A stretch of DNA of 63,998 nucleotides, the filler included, from Ionaspis alba (Eukaryota), in the NCBI GenBank assembly GCA_964255285.1. It is 3 parts of 3 records of this genome, joined end to end, with 100 filler letters (N's around TTAATTAATTAA, not from the genome) between each part and the next. Parts side by side here need not be neighbours in the genome. Positions count along the whole stretch, not along the records: positions 23,377 to 46,614 come from CAXUUL010000189.1; 2 more parts are not named here. One strand, 5' to 3'. Below are positions 23,493-36,814 of this stretch, piece by piece. Each line of letters begins with the position of its first letter. Position 1 is the stretch's first letter. The notes beneath the pieces were generated by a model. That model searched no databases. It was not told the origin of the DNA and saw nothing but the letters and a program-made list of their open reading frames with translations. Both the position numbers and the translations under genes were made by a program.

Positions 23493-26400
23493 TCAATGGG
23501 TAATAGCCCTAGCTCCTTGCAGAATCAAAGCAAACATCAAACCACGCGCAACCTCCTCGACCTGCAAGGAATCAAACACTCTTCCCAACGCCTCGCCACT
23601 AGCAGCAGCACCCATAACACTAGTCAAAGCCTGCGGCATACCCTTCTCCACTAGCAGCTTCCTTGCCTTCATTCTCAGTGCCTCCTGCTCGTCCTTGCTG
23701 AGTGGTTGCGGCCATGCGGCAAGTTCTTCCTCTGTGGGTAGAGCGTTTTCACGGAGCTTGATCAGATGCATAGCCAGTCCGGCGTCCGAGGTATTGGCTT
23801 CGATAACTGTGTCTTGCAGGAGAACTCTTATCGCTTCGAGATTGGGATTTCCTGGACGGAGGAGAAAGGTCTTTGCAGCGTTCAAAAGGGTTCGGCGGAT
23901 GTTCCAGGCAGACGAAAGTGTATATAGCTCGTTTATGACGGCGAAGAAGAGCTCCACCGCTACTGAAGTTTCTTGCTCGGTCAGAGGCGATGGAGTTTTG
24001 CGAAGAGACTTTTCTTGCTTGGGAGGAATTGGCACCTCGTCCGTCGGTTCTGAGCTTGGGGCAGTGCCGTTTCGCGACGGCGACGGCGACGGCGACTGCG
24101 TAGTTGTTGGTGCTAGCATTGTTGAAGAGCGTGTTACTGCTGAGCTACCCACCGCTAAAGGATGTGTGAGTGACTCTGCAGTACTTTTATAATCGTCCGA
24201 GATCTCACTGGGTAGGGGTGGCAAATGGAGCGGCATCGCTGGCTCTACCTGTGTCGTGATTCCGTTCAAAATGGCTGACGCACGATCGCCTTCGATTAGA
24301 GTCTTGGGGCTGATCTCGGGACTGTGAACCGTCTCGTGAGAGTTGCGAAGTACTTGTGCGGTATGTACTCCATTCACAACGTCGTGATTACTTGTGGTGG
24401 TTCTTCGAGGTTGCGAAGACACACCTGGAACCTCTTTTCCACCCAAAGGCTGAAGTGCTTCTTGTGATATCCGGCCATGACTTGCTGTGGACGACCTTGG
24501 CCGCGTATGTTCATCAATCGGACGACTGAAACTATTGACAGAGCCAGACCGACTCGATACCGACGGTCGCGGGGGCAGTCCTGGCTTCTTCTGACCGCCA
24601 AGAACTCCGCTTACGCCCTCGAAAAGCATTTTGCCTCCACCCGCAGCACCCTTCGGTGCACTCACCAGCACATCGAGCATACCTTTACCCATCGTCTCGA
24701 AGACAGCAGGGCTCGGAAATCCCAAGACATTCTTGTTTGATCCAGCTGACAGTTTAGCGAGTCCCTGATCCTTCTCTAGGAAACGCTTCATGCCCTCGCT
24801 CTCTGCTAAACGACTATGAGACAAGGCTTCGTGGAGATATCGCTCAAGAAGAATGCAAAGTGCCGCTTTGGTGTGGCCTTTCCAGGTGGGCACTGCACTG
24901 TATCTCTGCGTAAATAGTGGTACTCCGGAGATGACTGAGATTCGACGAAGGACTTCATGTAAAGTCTCGAAATCTGCATATTTTCTCGCGATCATCCACC
25001 CAGGGTGCTGAGATGACGCAGGTTCGATCTGCAGAAGATAATCGACGGTAGGCTTGGTGCGAATATTAGCTTTCTCTCCTGGTTGAGAATCATCGAAAAT
25101 GGTCACTTTAGCATTGTAAAGCGTCAAAGGTGGTGGACCTTGGGTCCGAATAGATTCTTGGGAATTTCGGTCGATCGGTTGATGAGACGAGAGAATTTGA
25201 TCGAAGTTTGTAAAGCTTGCCGGTCCTTGGGATAAAGTTGTTGGCGATATCTGGGTCGAGGAGCCCTGTCGGTCTTCGTTGTTGGAGTGTAAGTCACTTT
25301 GTGACGAAGTCGGAGTCGCAGTCGCTCCAGTGGCATATCCAGACGACGCTGCGTCCTCAGATAGGCGGTCTCTTTTTGAATCTTCGGCAGCTATCAGCTC
25401 GCTGAGCCTCTTGGCCTCAAGCATGGCTTGGTCCATAGCTTCTTCAGCTTCACTGATCTTCCTCCGATGGCTTAAGAGTATTGCTGACGCATCTGCCGGT
25501 AAAACATCGCGATTGCCATGACTTAAAGTGCTACTATTAAGCTCGGCTTGGGCTGTAGCATTTTTTATCTCTTTCATGGTTGCACCTCCCACACCAGCAT
25601 CGATGGCATTCATGATGTCTGGCTCACCCTCTTCTAAAAGGTAGACAATCCATCCGTTAATCCAATCTGGTTTCGAGCAGCTCTTCAAAGTCATTTCCAA
25701 AATGGTACCGGCAAGAATTTCTCTAAGGAACACCCTGACCGGCTCACAATTATATGCCTTACTATCCAGGAATGTCTGGAGGATGTCTTCCGCAATCGAC
25801 TTGAACTTCTTCTGCTGCTCGTCCACATTCAAAACATTTGCTAGATTGCTATCGGGGTTCTCCTCTAAATAGAGGTGTACTGCCTCCGACGTGCTCAAGT
25901 CCGTTACATTCGGGGCCATGAGAGAACTCGATAGTTCACCCAAAAAGACGATGAATATGGATGTTGCATTGGTGAGAAAGTTGAGGAAGGTGTCTGCTGG
26001 CCGTTTTCTGGAGAGATGGGACGAAACAGCAAGTAAGAATCCTGTGAGCGTCTGCTGACATGCAAATGGAAAAGAGTCGTCGGATGGAAGTATTGGTCCA
26101 TACCACCACCTAAAATCATCAACAACAGATCTCATCGATGTAGAGTTAATCCATACTTGACATAGTCTCGTACCACGGCGTTGACCAAGCTTGTCAATGC
26201 AGCTCCAGTTGCTGGCTGGAAGTCCGCAAATTCCAACTCCTCATGAGCTGCCAGCAGGACGTCAACGTCTTGCACATAGCCACGACGGTGGTTCTTGTCC
26301 TCATGATCCTGTTTTGTTTCCCGCCAGTCCAGTACACGATGCATCACATCTAGACCTAGTTCCCTCCTTCTCTTGATATCTAATGCACCGGCTTGCATGC

Positions 26401-26647
26401 CACCCGCAGGCCCAACATTGCCCTCCCATGTTGCATGTAGTGCAACTCCCACCACTGTCCCAATGAGCACTAATCCTACTCGTCCAAGCGCAAGATGAGT
26501 GATCACTCCTAAGCCTGCGAAGCAGGCAACCAACGTCTCATTGCTTGCGTGAGACAGAAATTGGAGCGCATGGTTGAGGAGTTCATGGACATTGACCTTC
26601 GGCGCGGCTGTTTCGGTCTTCCCACTCTCCTCGATGTTGTCATCCAT
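23493..26647 (-). CDS. PXA-PX-Nexin_C sorting nexin (Mdm1/SNX13-14-like family) with N-terminal TM hairpin
   Basis: N-terminal hydrophobic helices; PXA start (LVNAVVRDYVK/WWYGPILP across intron 26110-26156); PX (YLLQIEP...WMIARKYADFETLHEVL); C-terminal ELYTLSSAWNIRRTLL...LGRVFDSLQ. Confidence 0.85.
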
Positions 26648-27141
26648 TGCTTACACAGAACTTGCGTAAGTTCCTAGGATATGCGATCAAATTGTCTCGT
26701 GACTGTCCATCGTTGAAACGGGTTGTCTGTCCTGTGATTACTGGCCCTTGAACTGCGGGAAGATGGCCAGATGCTGGGCAGAATAGGGCTGAGCAACCGG
26801 TTCGTCAAATCTTGCCTGGTATAAAAATTATCTTCTTCCCGCGTTGCGTTCGATAACCAGACGAGACCTGGCTGGAAGTACGAGCTAGTATCGCGACGGC
26901 GAATATATACCCTACGTATTTGTTTCTTTATGTTTGGTTCTGAAGCTGCCTAGAATGATCTTCTAATATATTCGACCCTCTTCAGTACGAGTAGCTTTGG
27001 AGAACTGCTTTGACGGGACTTTAAAAGCACTGTAAAGCATTCTCTTAAAGCTTGTTGCGGCAAAATTGTGCACGGGTATATCTCCTATTATAATATCGAC
27101 TTTCCTCCATTGGTCCGAGTCCGTCACCTCATCACCCCACT

Positions 27142-28030
27142 ATGTCTGCTTGTGCTACTTGTCACCAGCGTTTAACGCTGGATATCGAGTATGATGAGGA
27201 GATGGAAGATGACCAATTCCCCGGCCGAATGTCTACAGATCAAGGGACGCAAACATTGCCGGACGACGTCGAGCTGCGATGCGGCTGTCACTTTCATTGG
27301 TGAGCCGTTGCCCTACTTTCTCACAAGGAAAGGCTGTGTAGCTGCTTTGCTAGAGTCCTCTGCTTATGGATATACTAAGAATCCCCCTAATAGGCAATGT
27401 CTTCTTGACGCTTATCAGATCTCTCAATGTCCCAATTGTGGAAGGACAGTAACATCGACGATGGGAGGGCAGCAGCAAGTACTTTGCAATCTTAACAACG
27501 AAGGGGGCTTACAGGAAAATCTTGATATCCTTCCGATACTCAGCGAAGAAAGCTATCTTAAGGCATACCCTGAAGAACGCAAATGCCGAGCTTTCTTGGA
27601 ATTCTGCAAGGAAGGAGATGTGGAGGCCATCGTTGATCTATTGAATGACGATGACGAAGTAGATGATGGTAACGATAATGATGGAACAGACGGGGTTGAT
27701 GGAGTGGTGGAAGCCGTCAGGATGAATGCAGCTAATATTCTTCGATATCAGGATCCAATAGGTTCAATGGCATCAGGGCTTCATTTGGCGGTAATGAATG
27801 GCGTGGTTGAAGTGATATGGCTACTTCTGCTCCTGGCCTCGAATCTGGAGCTGGATGAATTTCCCACAGAGGTTCGGACAACTGCTGAGCAGATGGGTGT
27901 TATAAGGGAAGATCAAAGTGGGAAAACGGACATTCGCGCTTTAAAAGACAGTAATGGGATGACTGCTGAAGAGGTCGCCAGCGGGACCGCTTGGGGGAGC
28001 CCTTTTGATCTGACATTATTGAGACCCTAA
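27142..28030 (+). CDS. RING-like zinc finger plus ankyrin-like repeat protein (putative E3 ligase)
   Basis: MSACATCH...LRCGCHFHW/QCLL...QCPNC (intron 27300-27393), then FLEFCKEGDVEAIVDLL, SGLHLAVMNGVVEVIWLLL and DSNGMTAEEVA ankyrin-like motifs. Confidence 0.75.
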
Positions 28031-28892
28031 GTACTAAGAAGTAGAGGGAGGTTGCGAGCAGCCTAATCCGGTCATAAAAGCCTACTGCTCTGAAGATATC
28101 GGATTGAAGAGCTGATCGGTCAGTCTGCTCCAGTGTGAAATGACGATACTTGTAGGGCATTCGAGAGTGTACACAATGCATAAGGTCATAAAGTATTACA
28201 GCCTATGCTATAATGCTATAGTGCTCGAACAGAAGTGCAAGCCTGCGAAACCACGACTTGTGTACCCACCGAAATTGCTTGCTTGTCACAGCCGAAGCTC
28301 GAGGAAGCATCTAAAGCTAAGAAGACGGTGGATCTAGTATCCGCAATCCGAGTGAAATCCTACGCAATAGGGGCAAATGCGTTGATTGCAAAGAAGAAGG
28401 CGTTTGAAAGGAAAACACGAGCCTCCTGAATGCCGTCTGTGAATTCTCAATTAGAGTTGTACAGAAAAGCAGGACATGATCATTTTGTCGAACACGAAAC
28501 TGAGAAATAGCGCTCACAGCACGAGCAGTATTTAGCCTGATGAAGTGGTTGGTCGATCGTGGCATTCTGATCCTGGCGTGCTAGAGGAAGGAGACTTCGA
28601 GTTGGGGAATATAGGACGGGCGAATTGTGGGAAAGCTCCACGACTTAATTTGTACATTGGGGCTTGCCAACATGGTGTATTTCAGTACTTCGTCTAGACA
28701 GGCTTTTCCATTGCTACCTATGATCACGTGTAACGATCCTACGAATATATGATAGAGGCATAATACTCGTGTCTCTATGATCAACAGCATCCCATCACCT
28801 GCCTCCCTAGACTACCACCGGGAGAAGTACGTGGCCACACCTCCACATTGGCCCGTTACGCTGTCCCCTGGTTGACCCGGGGACGTCTCTGT

Positions 28893-31800
28893 ATGTCTGG
28901 TTCGGGGGGTTTTCTAGACTCGTTGTCGCCATGGGCATCACGGAGTAACACGCCAAAGCCCGGACAGCCAAAATCTGAAAGTGATCACAGTCCTCAAAGC
29001 ACCTTGCAGAGGCAGCAGCAAGGTGGTGACCATCGGGTCAGCCACCGCCATCGCCTAAGTCTAGGTGCATACCCGGAGGACTGTCCACCACTAGCAACGC
29101 GTTGGTACTATGCTGTTGATGTATACAATCTGCTAAATTTCTGTGTCAACGTACTGAGCACATCTTATAGGTCCCGAAAAGAAAGCCCCTGTCTCTTAGC
29201 AAGCCGTCCGATGATGCCAAACCCCCACCACCGCCCAAGAAGTTTGTTCCCTTCTCAGCTCGAGATTCCCGTTCAATTGAGTCAGCCTTTCAAAAACTCG
29301 CAGAGGAGGAGGAGTCTGGACTAAAAGAGGATGTTACAGGAGACATTAGTGGTGCAGAACCTAACGTCGGTGAAGCTGCTAAGGAGATTGGGGCAAAGAA
29401 GGATACCAATATCAACGATTCATCAGGCCAAGAGCAGAGAGGCCAGGTGAAAGTGCCTGTGAATGAGGATTTCTTGTTTGACGTGGATATCGATACCAGA
29501 GAGCTGGCACCTACATATTGGCTAGGTCCTATATACGATGTTCGCCGTGGAAGTTGGTTCTACCAGGAAGGTTCCTCTATCCGTCCATGTGATGAGAACC
29601 TCGCGACACAGCTAGAAGAAGGGTATCTGCGAGCCAAGCCATGGCGTTACGAGCCTCCACAGCCTCCAACAAGATCTGCATCGCAGGTCAAGCAGAGACC
29701 AGCCTCGTTAAAGCCTGGCGAGGATGTTGGCAAGCTAGGTGCTACAAACATCAAGCCACCACGCGTGCCTTCAGCAGATGATACCAAGAACCGAATCAAG
29801 GATGACAATCCAAGCCAGGGACCGACACCTCCCAAGTTTCAGCTACAAACACATCGCTTATTCGGCACGTACATGAATTCCGTAGTTACATACGAGAACG
29901 CGACAGTGGCTTGGCTGCTCACCGACGACTTCATGTCACGTATGAGCAGCTCCGTCTACCAACGCTTTTCTGGTGGTGGACATCTTGGTGGGGTTAAAGT
30001 AGTCCGCGGATTTACAGAGACGAGTAAGACCAAGGATGGAAAGACGGAGCCAGACGTTTCCGAACAGAAAGACCCTGAGGAGCGTGGTAGGACACTGCCC
30101 AATCCAAAACGACGGTCTGCACCAACAGGTACGGATCGTGGCATGAGTGTAGATGTGGAAAAGGCGAAAGAGCTGGAAGTCGAATCGGAGTCGAAAAGGG
30201 CTGCTTTGGAGAGGCGTATGGCAACGATTGTCGCTTCTCCAGGCCCAGAGGATCCTGCTACTCAGGAAGAGGAAGTGCGCAAGCGTGATGAGCATGAGAT
30301 TCAGGACGACTACAGAGAGCCAGACGGAGAAGACCAGAACAGAGAGATTGAGCACTTAATTCTGGTAACCCATGGAATTGGTCAAAGACTGGGCCTCAAA
30401 TTGGAGAGCGTTAACTTCATTCACGACGTCAATGTGCTTCGCAAAACCTTGAAGAATGTCTATCAGAACTCCCCGGATCTGCAAGCTCTCAATGTCGAAG
30501 TTGACAAATTGCCAAAGAATTGTCGTGTACAAGTCCTGCCGATTGTGTGGCGACACCTTCTCGACTTTCCAAAGCAGAGTATTAAGCAGCATCGAAAAGA
30601 GCAAGATCTCACGGACGCCGATCTCTTCTTCGACGAAGATGAGTATCCTAGTCTGAACGATATTACTGTTGAAGGTGTTCCGGCCGTTCGCAATTTAATC
30701 ACGGATCTCGCTTTAGACATACTTCTATACCAAAGCGCCTACCGAGAACACATCGCAGGCATCGTGCAGCGAGAATGTAATAGAGTCTATGGACTATTCC
30801 TGCAACGAAACCCTGGATTCAAGGGCAAGGTCAGCCTAGTTGGCCATTCTCTTGGTTCTGCTATCCTATTCGACGTGCTGTGCCGCCAGAGAGATACTCA
30901 CCTGAGCCCGCAATCGATACATCGTGGGCCAGATGTCAAGCGCACTGGCAGTATCAAGCATCAAGATAAACAAAGCGACCTCAGTCTTAACTTCGAAGTT
31001 GAAGACTTCTTCTGCCTAGGATCACCTCTAGGACTTTTTCAGATGTTGAAAGGTCGAACGATTGCAGGACGTCGTGCACCAGATGCTACACACGCCGAAA
31101 GTCCCATGGATCCAGATTCTATCGACGACCCTCTCAGTTCCTCCTCGCACCGCCGATCTTCCAGAAAAGACATCCTCTCGATCGCCGTTTCTTCACCAAA
31201 GTGTGAACAGCTTTTCAACATTTTCCATCCTACCGATCCTATTGCTTACCGAATCGAGCCTTTGATATCTCCCGCAATGTCTACCCTCAAACCACAGCCA
31301 TTGCCATACACCAAGAGAGGAATCTTCGGCGCCCCGGGGCTTACTGGAATAGGCGCTCGAGTGGGTCAGAGTGTCTCCGGCTTTTGGTCCAACATCACCA
31401 CGGGCGTTGCAAGCAGCTTGTTGAATCGCAGTCTAGGATTGACACAAGATGGTCAATATACTCCTCAGCAGACCAGAGTCCCACTATCCATGGGTGCCGG
31501 CACCAACATAGTAGGTGGCGGCGTTATCTCCGGTCCTGAGGGTCTAGATGAAGAAAGGAAAAAGGCTGCAGTGAACGCTGCCATGGGAATAGAGTCAAAC
31601 GTCGGACGCCCCCCTACATTGATCGACACAGAGATCGAGACGCTATACTCTGGTTTCCAGAAACGGAGAAGGAGCCACCAAAGCGATGAAGCTCGGGACC
31701 TTGGTGAGTCTCCGGAATGGCAGGAAGCGGAAGATCGAGCAAGGAGGCTGCGACGGGAAGAAGGCAAGGTTCGCGCATTGAATAGCAATGGAAGGGTTGA

Positions 31801-31993
31801 TTTCAGCATTCAGGAGTAAGTCGGACTACCATCGTCACTGAGTGAAGTAAGCGCCTAATCGGTGTACAGGGGCGTGTTTGACATTTCGTTGATTGCGAGC
31901 ATCGCTAGTCATCTGTCGTACTGGGCGGACGAAGATGTCAGTCACTTCATGATTTCACAGCTGCTTTCGCGGCAGAGAGTAGTCAAACGTTAA
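28893..31993 (+). CDS. DDHD-domain intracellular phospholipase A1 (Ddl1/PA-PLA1 family)
   Basis: PTYWLGPIYDVRRGSWF, HLILVTHGIGQ, lipase GHSLGS, FFCLGSP, FNIFHPTDPIAYRIEPL, GRVDFSIQE and ASHLSYWADED in the last exon. Confidence 0.93.
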
Positions 31994-32492
31994 GTAGGCG
32001 TTTGCCATGTAGCAGTCAAGGAAAAGCATAGCGGTGGCGTTGAATGTTCGGATACCCATTAGAACCTATAGAAACAATAGACCCTCAGTAAATCATCTAC
32101 ATTGACCATGGAGGTGGACAGACTTTCTGGCCATACGGTCATGAATATTGCCCCTCTTGTTGACTTTCAGCATCGTCAGCCCTGTGGAATGTTGCCCCAC
32201 GTACGTAAGCCGCGGTCGTAAGATGAGCAGGAAGAACAAGGCAGATAAAAACAAGCCTATGAGTAACCTGCATTCATTGGCCGCATCAAATCTGAACGCG
32301 TGGGGCATGTGGCTGAATTGAACAAGAAGTCAGGCAGCAATACCCTGTCTAATCGATATACGCATTTTACCAACCCATTGCTCTCCAGCAACCAAAGAAT
32401 ATTACCGTTCTATCACTTCGAGGTCGAAGAGTAGCCCTACTACAAGCTAGAATCTTGATACAAACCTCCCGGCTTGGTGCGCCATAGCAGTC

Positions 32493-34676
32493 ATGAATGT
32501 CCTCAAACTGCAAAAGTGAGTCTTGCTAATCTGCTTAATCCGCATATCGAGTCGCTGATGCTTGTTTTGCTGCCTTTAGGAAATATCCTCAATTTCAACA
32601 AAACGAGATCTTCGGCCTGCAAGATGCCTTCAGAAAACTTGACGTGGACGACAAGGGTTATCTAGATGAAGCCACTGTGATCAAGGCGACACAGTCGTCA
32701 GAGCGGCAACCTTACGATGTCGTGCGTCAAGCGCTGAAGGAGGTGGATCTTGACAGTTCGAGGAGGGTGGAATTAGACGATTATGTGGATGTACGTGAAC
32801 CAATCTCTTGTCCTAACTATGAGTTTTAGAAGTCTTGCTCACGGTCTACAGCTTATCTCTAAAATCCGTACAACCACGCCTTCCCAGACACCACGCATGA
32901 CGACGGGGCGGACGCGGGGTCTAAGTAATGCGCCAGATGGTCCCTCACCAGTTTCGTCGCCCGGGCATCAGTCAAGAGGCAGCACACATGGCAAAATCCA
33001 AGTTCAAGGATCCTCAGCGAATGTCACACACACAATCAACGAGGATGAACGAACAGAGTTTACGAGACACATCAATGCGGTCCTTGCTGGAGACCCTGAC
33101 ATTGGCAATCGGCTTCCCTTTGCCACAGATACATTCGAGATGTTCGACCAGTGCAAGGATGGCTTGGTCCTGGCGAAACTCATCAACGATAGCGTTCCAG
33201 ATACAATCGACGAGCGAGTGCTGAATAGAGAAGGGAAGAAAATCAAGAAGCTGAACGCTTTCCATATGACCGAGAACAATAACATCGTCATCAACAGTGC
33301 TAAAGCCATTGGATGTTCCGTTGTTAATATTGGAAGCGGAGATATTGCTGAGGTTCGGGAACACTTGATACTCGGCTTGATCTGGCAGGTCATCAGGAGA
33401 GGTCTACTCGGAAAGATCGATATCAAACTACATCCCGAGCTATATCGACTGCTCGAGGACGACGAAACTCTAGAACAATTCTTGAGATTACCTCCAGAGC
33501 AGATCCTTCTCCGCTGGTTCAATTATCATTTGAAGAACGCGAAGTGGGAAAGGAGGTGAGCAGTATCTCGATTCTTCAGACACACCATACTGATTCAGTC
33601 ATCCAGAGTCGCAAACTTTTCGAGTGATGTAAAGGACGGCGAGAACTACACCGTCCTACTCAACCAACTGGCTCCCGACACATGTAGTCGAGGACCATTG
33701 CAAACGCGAGATCTCCTCCAACGAGCTGAACAAGTCCTTCAAAATGCTGAGAGACTTGATTGTCGAAAGTTCCTCACTCCTACGTCTCTCGTTGCCGGAA
33801 ATCCGAAACTCAACCTAGCGTTCGTCGCCAATCTCTTCAATACTCATCCTGGTCTAGATCCGATTACAGAAGAAGAGAAACTCGAAGTCGAGGACTTCGA
33901 TGCGGAAGGCGAGCGCGAAGCAAGAGTCTTCACGTTGTGGCTCAACTCCCTGGATGTGCAACCATCTGTCTACTCCCTGTTTGATAACTTGCGCGATGGC
34001 AATATCCTTCTTCAGGCTTACGATAAAGTCATACCGGGCAGTGTCAACTGGAGACATGTCAACAAGGCTCCAGCTTCAGGCGGTGAATTGATGCGTTTCA
34101 AAGCCGTCGAGAACACAAACTATGCCATAGAGCTCGGAAAGCAGCTGCGATTCTCCCTTGTTGGCGTCCAAGGAGCTGATATCACAGACGGCCAACGCAC
34201 GTTAACTCTAGGACTGGTTTGGCAGTTGATGCGCAGAGACATCTCAGAAACACTCTCTGCACTCGCCCAACGCCTAGGCAAGAGAGAAATCACGGATGCC
34301 GAGATGGTGAAGTGGGCGAACGATCAGTCGAAAAAAGGTGGGAAAGGCTCTTCAATTCGCAGTTTCAAGGATCAGGCTATTGGAAACGGAGTCTTCCTTC
34401 TGGATGTCTTGAATGGCATGAAGAGCTCGTATGTCGACTACGACCTCGTGACGAGTGGGAGAACAGACGACGAGGCGTATGCGAATGCTAAGCTTGCGAT
34501 TTCTATTGCGAGGAAGATGGGGGCGACGATATGGTTGGTGCCAGAGGATATTTGTCAGGTCAGGTCGAGGCTGGTGGTTACTTTTATTGGTGAGATTTCT
34601 CTTAAAGTGAGATGTGGAGTTCCTTGATGCTGACAGTTTGACAGGTTCACTCATGGCTACCTATGAGAAGATGTAG
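32493..34676 (+). CDS. SAC6: Fimbrin (actin-bundling, EF-hands + 4 CH domains)
   Basis: THTINEDERTEFTRHIN, DGLVLAKLIND, EHLILGLIWQVIRRGLL, LPPEQILLRWFNYHL, EGEREARVFTLWLNSL and ANAKLAISIARKMGA. Several introns; ends GSLMATYEKM*. Confidence 0.97.
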
Positions 34677-35295
34677 TTTAGACTGTTCGATACCTCTCGA
34701 CACATCGGAGGGAATATTCTCCTCTGCTGAAAGCCAGCAATGCATGAGAAACATACAAGCTTTGACCTTCTCGATCGTGAGTCAGTTTGATGCGACGGAG
34801 ATTTGTGCGAAGTTGTACCGATTCACTGCATGACACCCTCTTGTGTCGACCAATCGAGGATAAAAACTCGTCTAGCAACTCTGTAGCTGGAGCAACGTAG
34901 GTGTTGTCAACGACCGTGTTCTAATCATAGGACACCTCCCCTTCCTCTTGCTGCATTTCCTAAGCCCGCAACTACAACCAAAACGCTTGAAACTCGAAGG
35001 CCGTGCTCAGAGACATACTTCTCATCTATCAGGTTGTCGTCTCATTTGTCGAATTTGTTATCAAAGAATTAGAGCAAGGAAAAATTTGGCCCAGTCAAAA
35101 AACTTTCGTTTACCGTTGGAAACCATATTTGAGCCACATTTCCAGAAGCTCTCTCCACTCTTCGGTGGCATGAGAAGCACCTCCATCATTCACCTTTCTC
35201 CTTAAGAACTTTCTCGTCCCCATCTTCATTGTTCTGCGAAAGACACAAACTCATCCGCAAAACCTTGCTTACATCTCTGTAGCCTCGTGAATGAT

Positions 35296-35871
35296 ATGGC
35301 TTCTATGGGTATCATGTCATATTCTATTCCACCACCGACACCTTTCTTGCGTCCTTCCGACCTGAACACAAACACTACGCTTAGAACAGCCGTCAGCAGG
35401 CATGCTGCCACAAGTAGTTCCCAAGCGACTGGTTTCGAAGCTCATCCGAGTCTTTTCCGACTTCCTCCATCCACATGCGGCTATACTTCCGCGGCAGCAG
35501 CTTCTTCCAACTATATCATCGATGATATCTTCGGCCGCCCACGAGGTGAAGCTACCAGGCGCGACGGAACACGCATTACTACCACACATCGTGCACCATC
35601 CAACACTGGCTTCACGGAGGAGGAAGACGCCCGCGATCTCTGCATCGTCCGTCGACATCAGCAGTACAGACGCGATATGGCATGTTTGGACCACCATATG
35701 CGGGAGAAGCTGGCAGAGAAGCATCTGCACGTCTTGGGACCTAGACTAGAAGTGGATCCGCATCAGGATTGGATCCGTGGGGACAAGAGGATATGGCACG
35801 GGCTCGGAAGACAATTAAAGAATGGCATCAGTGTTGTACGGAGATTGGTAAGGTGTTCGGTACGTGAATAG
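35296..35871 (+). CDS. Hypothetical protein
   Basis: ~190-codon ORF after a pyrimidine-rich leader; no recognisable motif. It may splice to a further exon near 36000-36370. Confidence 0.4.
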   Translation: MASMGIMSYSIPPPTPFLRPSDLNTNTTLRTAVSRHAATSSSQATGFEAHPSLFRLPPSTCGYTSAAAASSNYIIDDIFGRPRGEATRRDGTRITTTHRAPSNTGFTEEEDARDLCIVRRHQQYRRDMACLDHHMREKLAEKHLHVLGPRLEVDPHQDWIRGDKRIWHGLGRQLKNGISVVRRLVRCSVRE

Positions 35872-36061
35872 CTCTTTTCTTTGTTAGGGCTTGTAATTGA
35901 TGTTCCTTCTTCTGCTTCTTCTGCTTCTTCTTCGACATCTTCTTAAATATCTAAGGTGTAATCTTCCATGAAGAGAGCTGATTATTAGTTGATTTGTAGC
36001 CTAATGTTATACCCGACGTCTATCCTGGCTATTTGGACAATCTTTTGAGGTACTGGGCTGA

Positions 36062-36161
36062 NNNNNNNNNNNNNNNNNNNNNNNNNNNNNNNNNNNNNNN
36101 NNNNNNNNNNNNNNNNNNNNNNNNNNNNNNNNNNNNNNNNNNNNNNNNNNNNNNNNNNNNN
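36062..36161. other. Scaffold gap (100 N) with a ~55-nt duplicated flank
   Basis: TTATACCCGACGTCTATCCTGGCTATTTGGACAATCTTTTGAGGTACTGGGCTGA is present on both sides. Confidence 0.9.
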
Positions 36162-36814
36162 TTATACCCGACGTCTATCCTGGCTATTTGGACAATCTTT
36201 TGAGGTACTGGGCTGAGGAGGACTTGGGAAAGGGGACTGTGCACCTGTACCTCACGGTCTGGGAATTTGTTGCGGGAAGAAGCTTGACGGTGACGGAGTT
36301 GCGTGCTCTTGGAAATGTTGGACTGAGGGATATTCCAGCATTTAGGGATATCCCACCGTTTTTTAAATAACAAGGTGAGAGGAATGAAAACCAGCACGCC
36401 CGGGCTGTGAAGTCGTGAATTATCCTACAGGCACCAAAGGTTGAAAATGCCTTGGATATGAGCTCGAAGACGATACTTTTGGCTGGATAGTCAGGTGGTT
36501 GTCACCATAGCTCCACTTGGGTCATGTGGGGTTGGGGTTGTCTTGAGAGTAGTACCTGCTGGAGCGTGTAGATACCCGGTCGTCCATTCGCCAATCTCAA
36601 GTGTTCGAATTCGAGAAGGCTTTGCACACCTTCTATCGTTGATTATGTGCTTTATAATATGAAAGTCGTGCGAGAGATGACCCACTCCTATCCATCGTGA
36701 TGGTGACTAAGATACTTCTTGGTCCATTTGGTTGGTGAAAATGGTTTTAGACACGGTTGTCACTTCGTCCGAGACACCAGCCATGAGTCTCCTCAACCAC
36801 CACCATTCGACTGC

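Noticed and set aside
24074..24097. (GACGGC)n hexamer repeat
   Set aside because: Simply encodes SPSPSPS in a disordered linker of the nexin.
36007..36216. Direct repeat of ~55 nt around Ns
   Set aside because: Same gap-flank overlap artefact.
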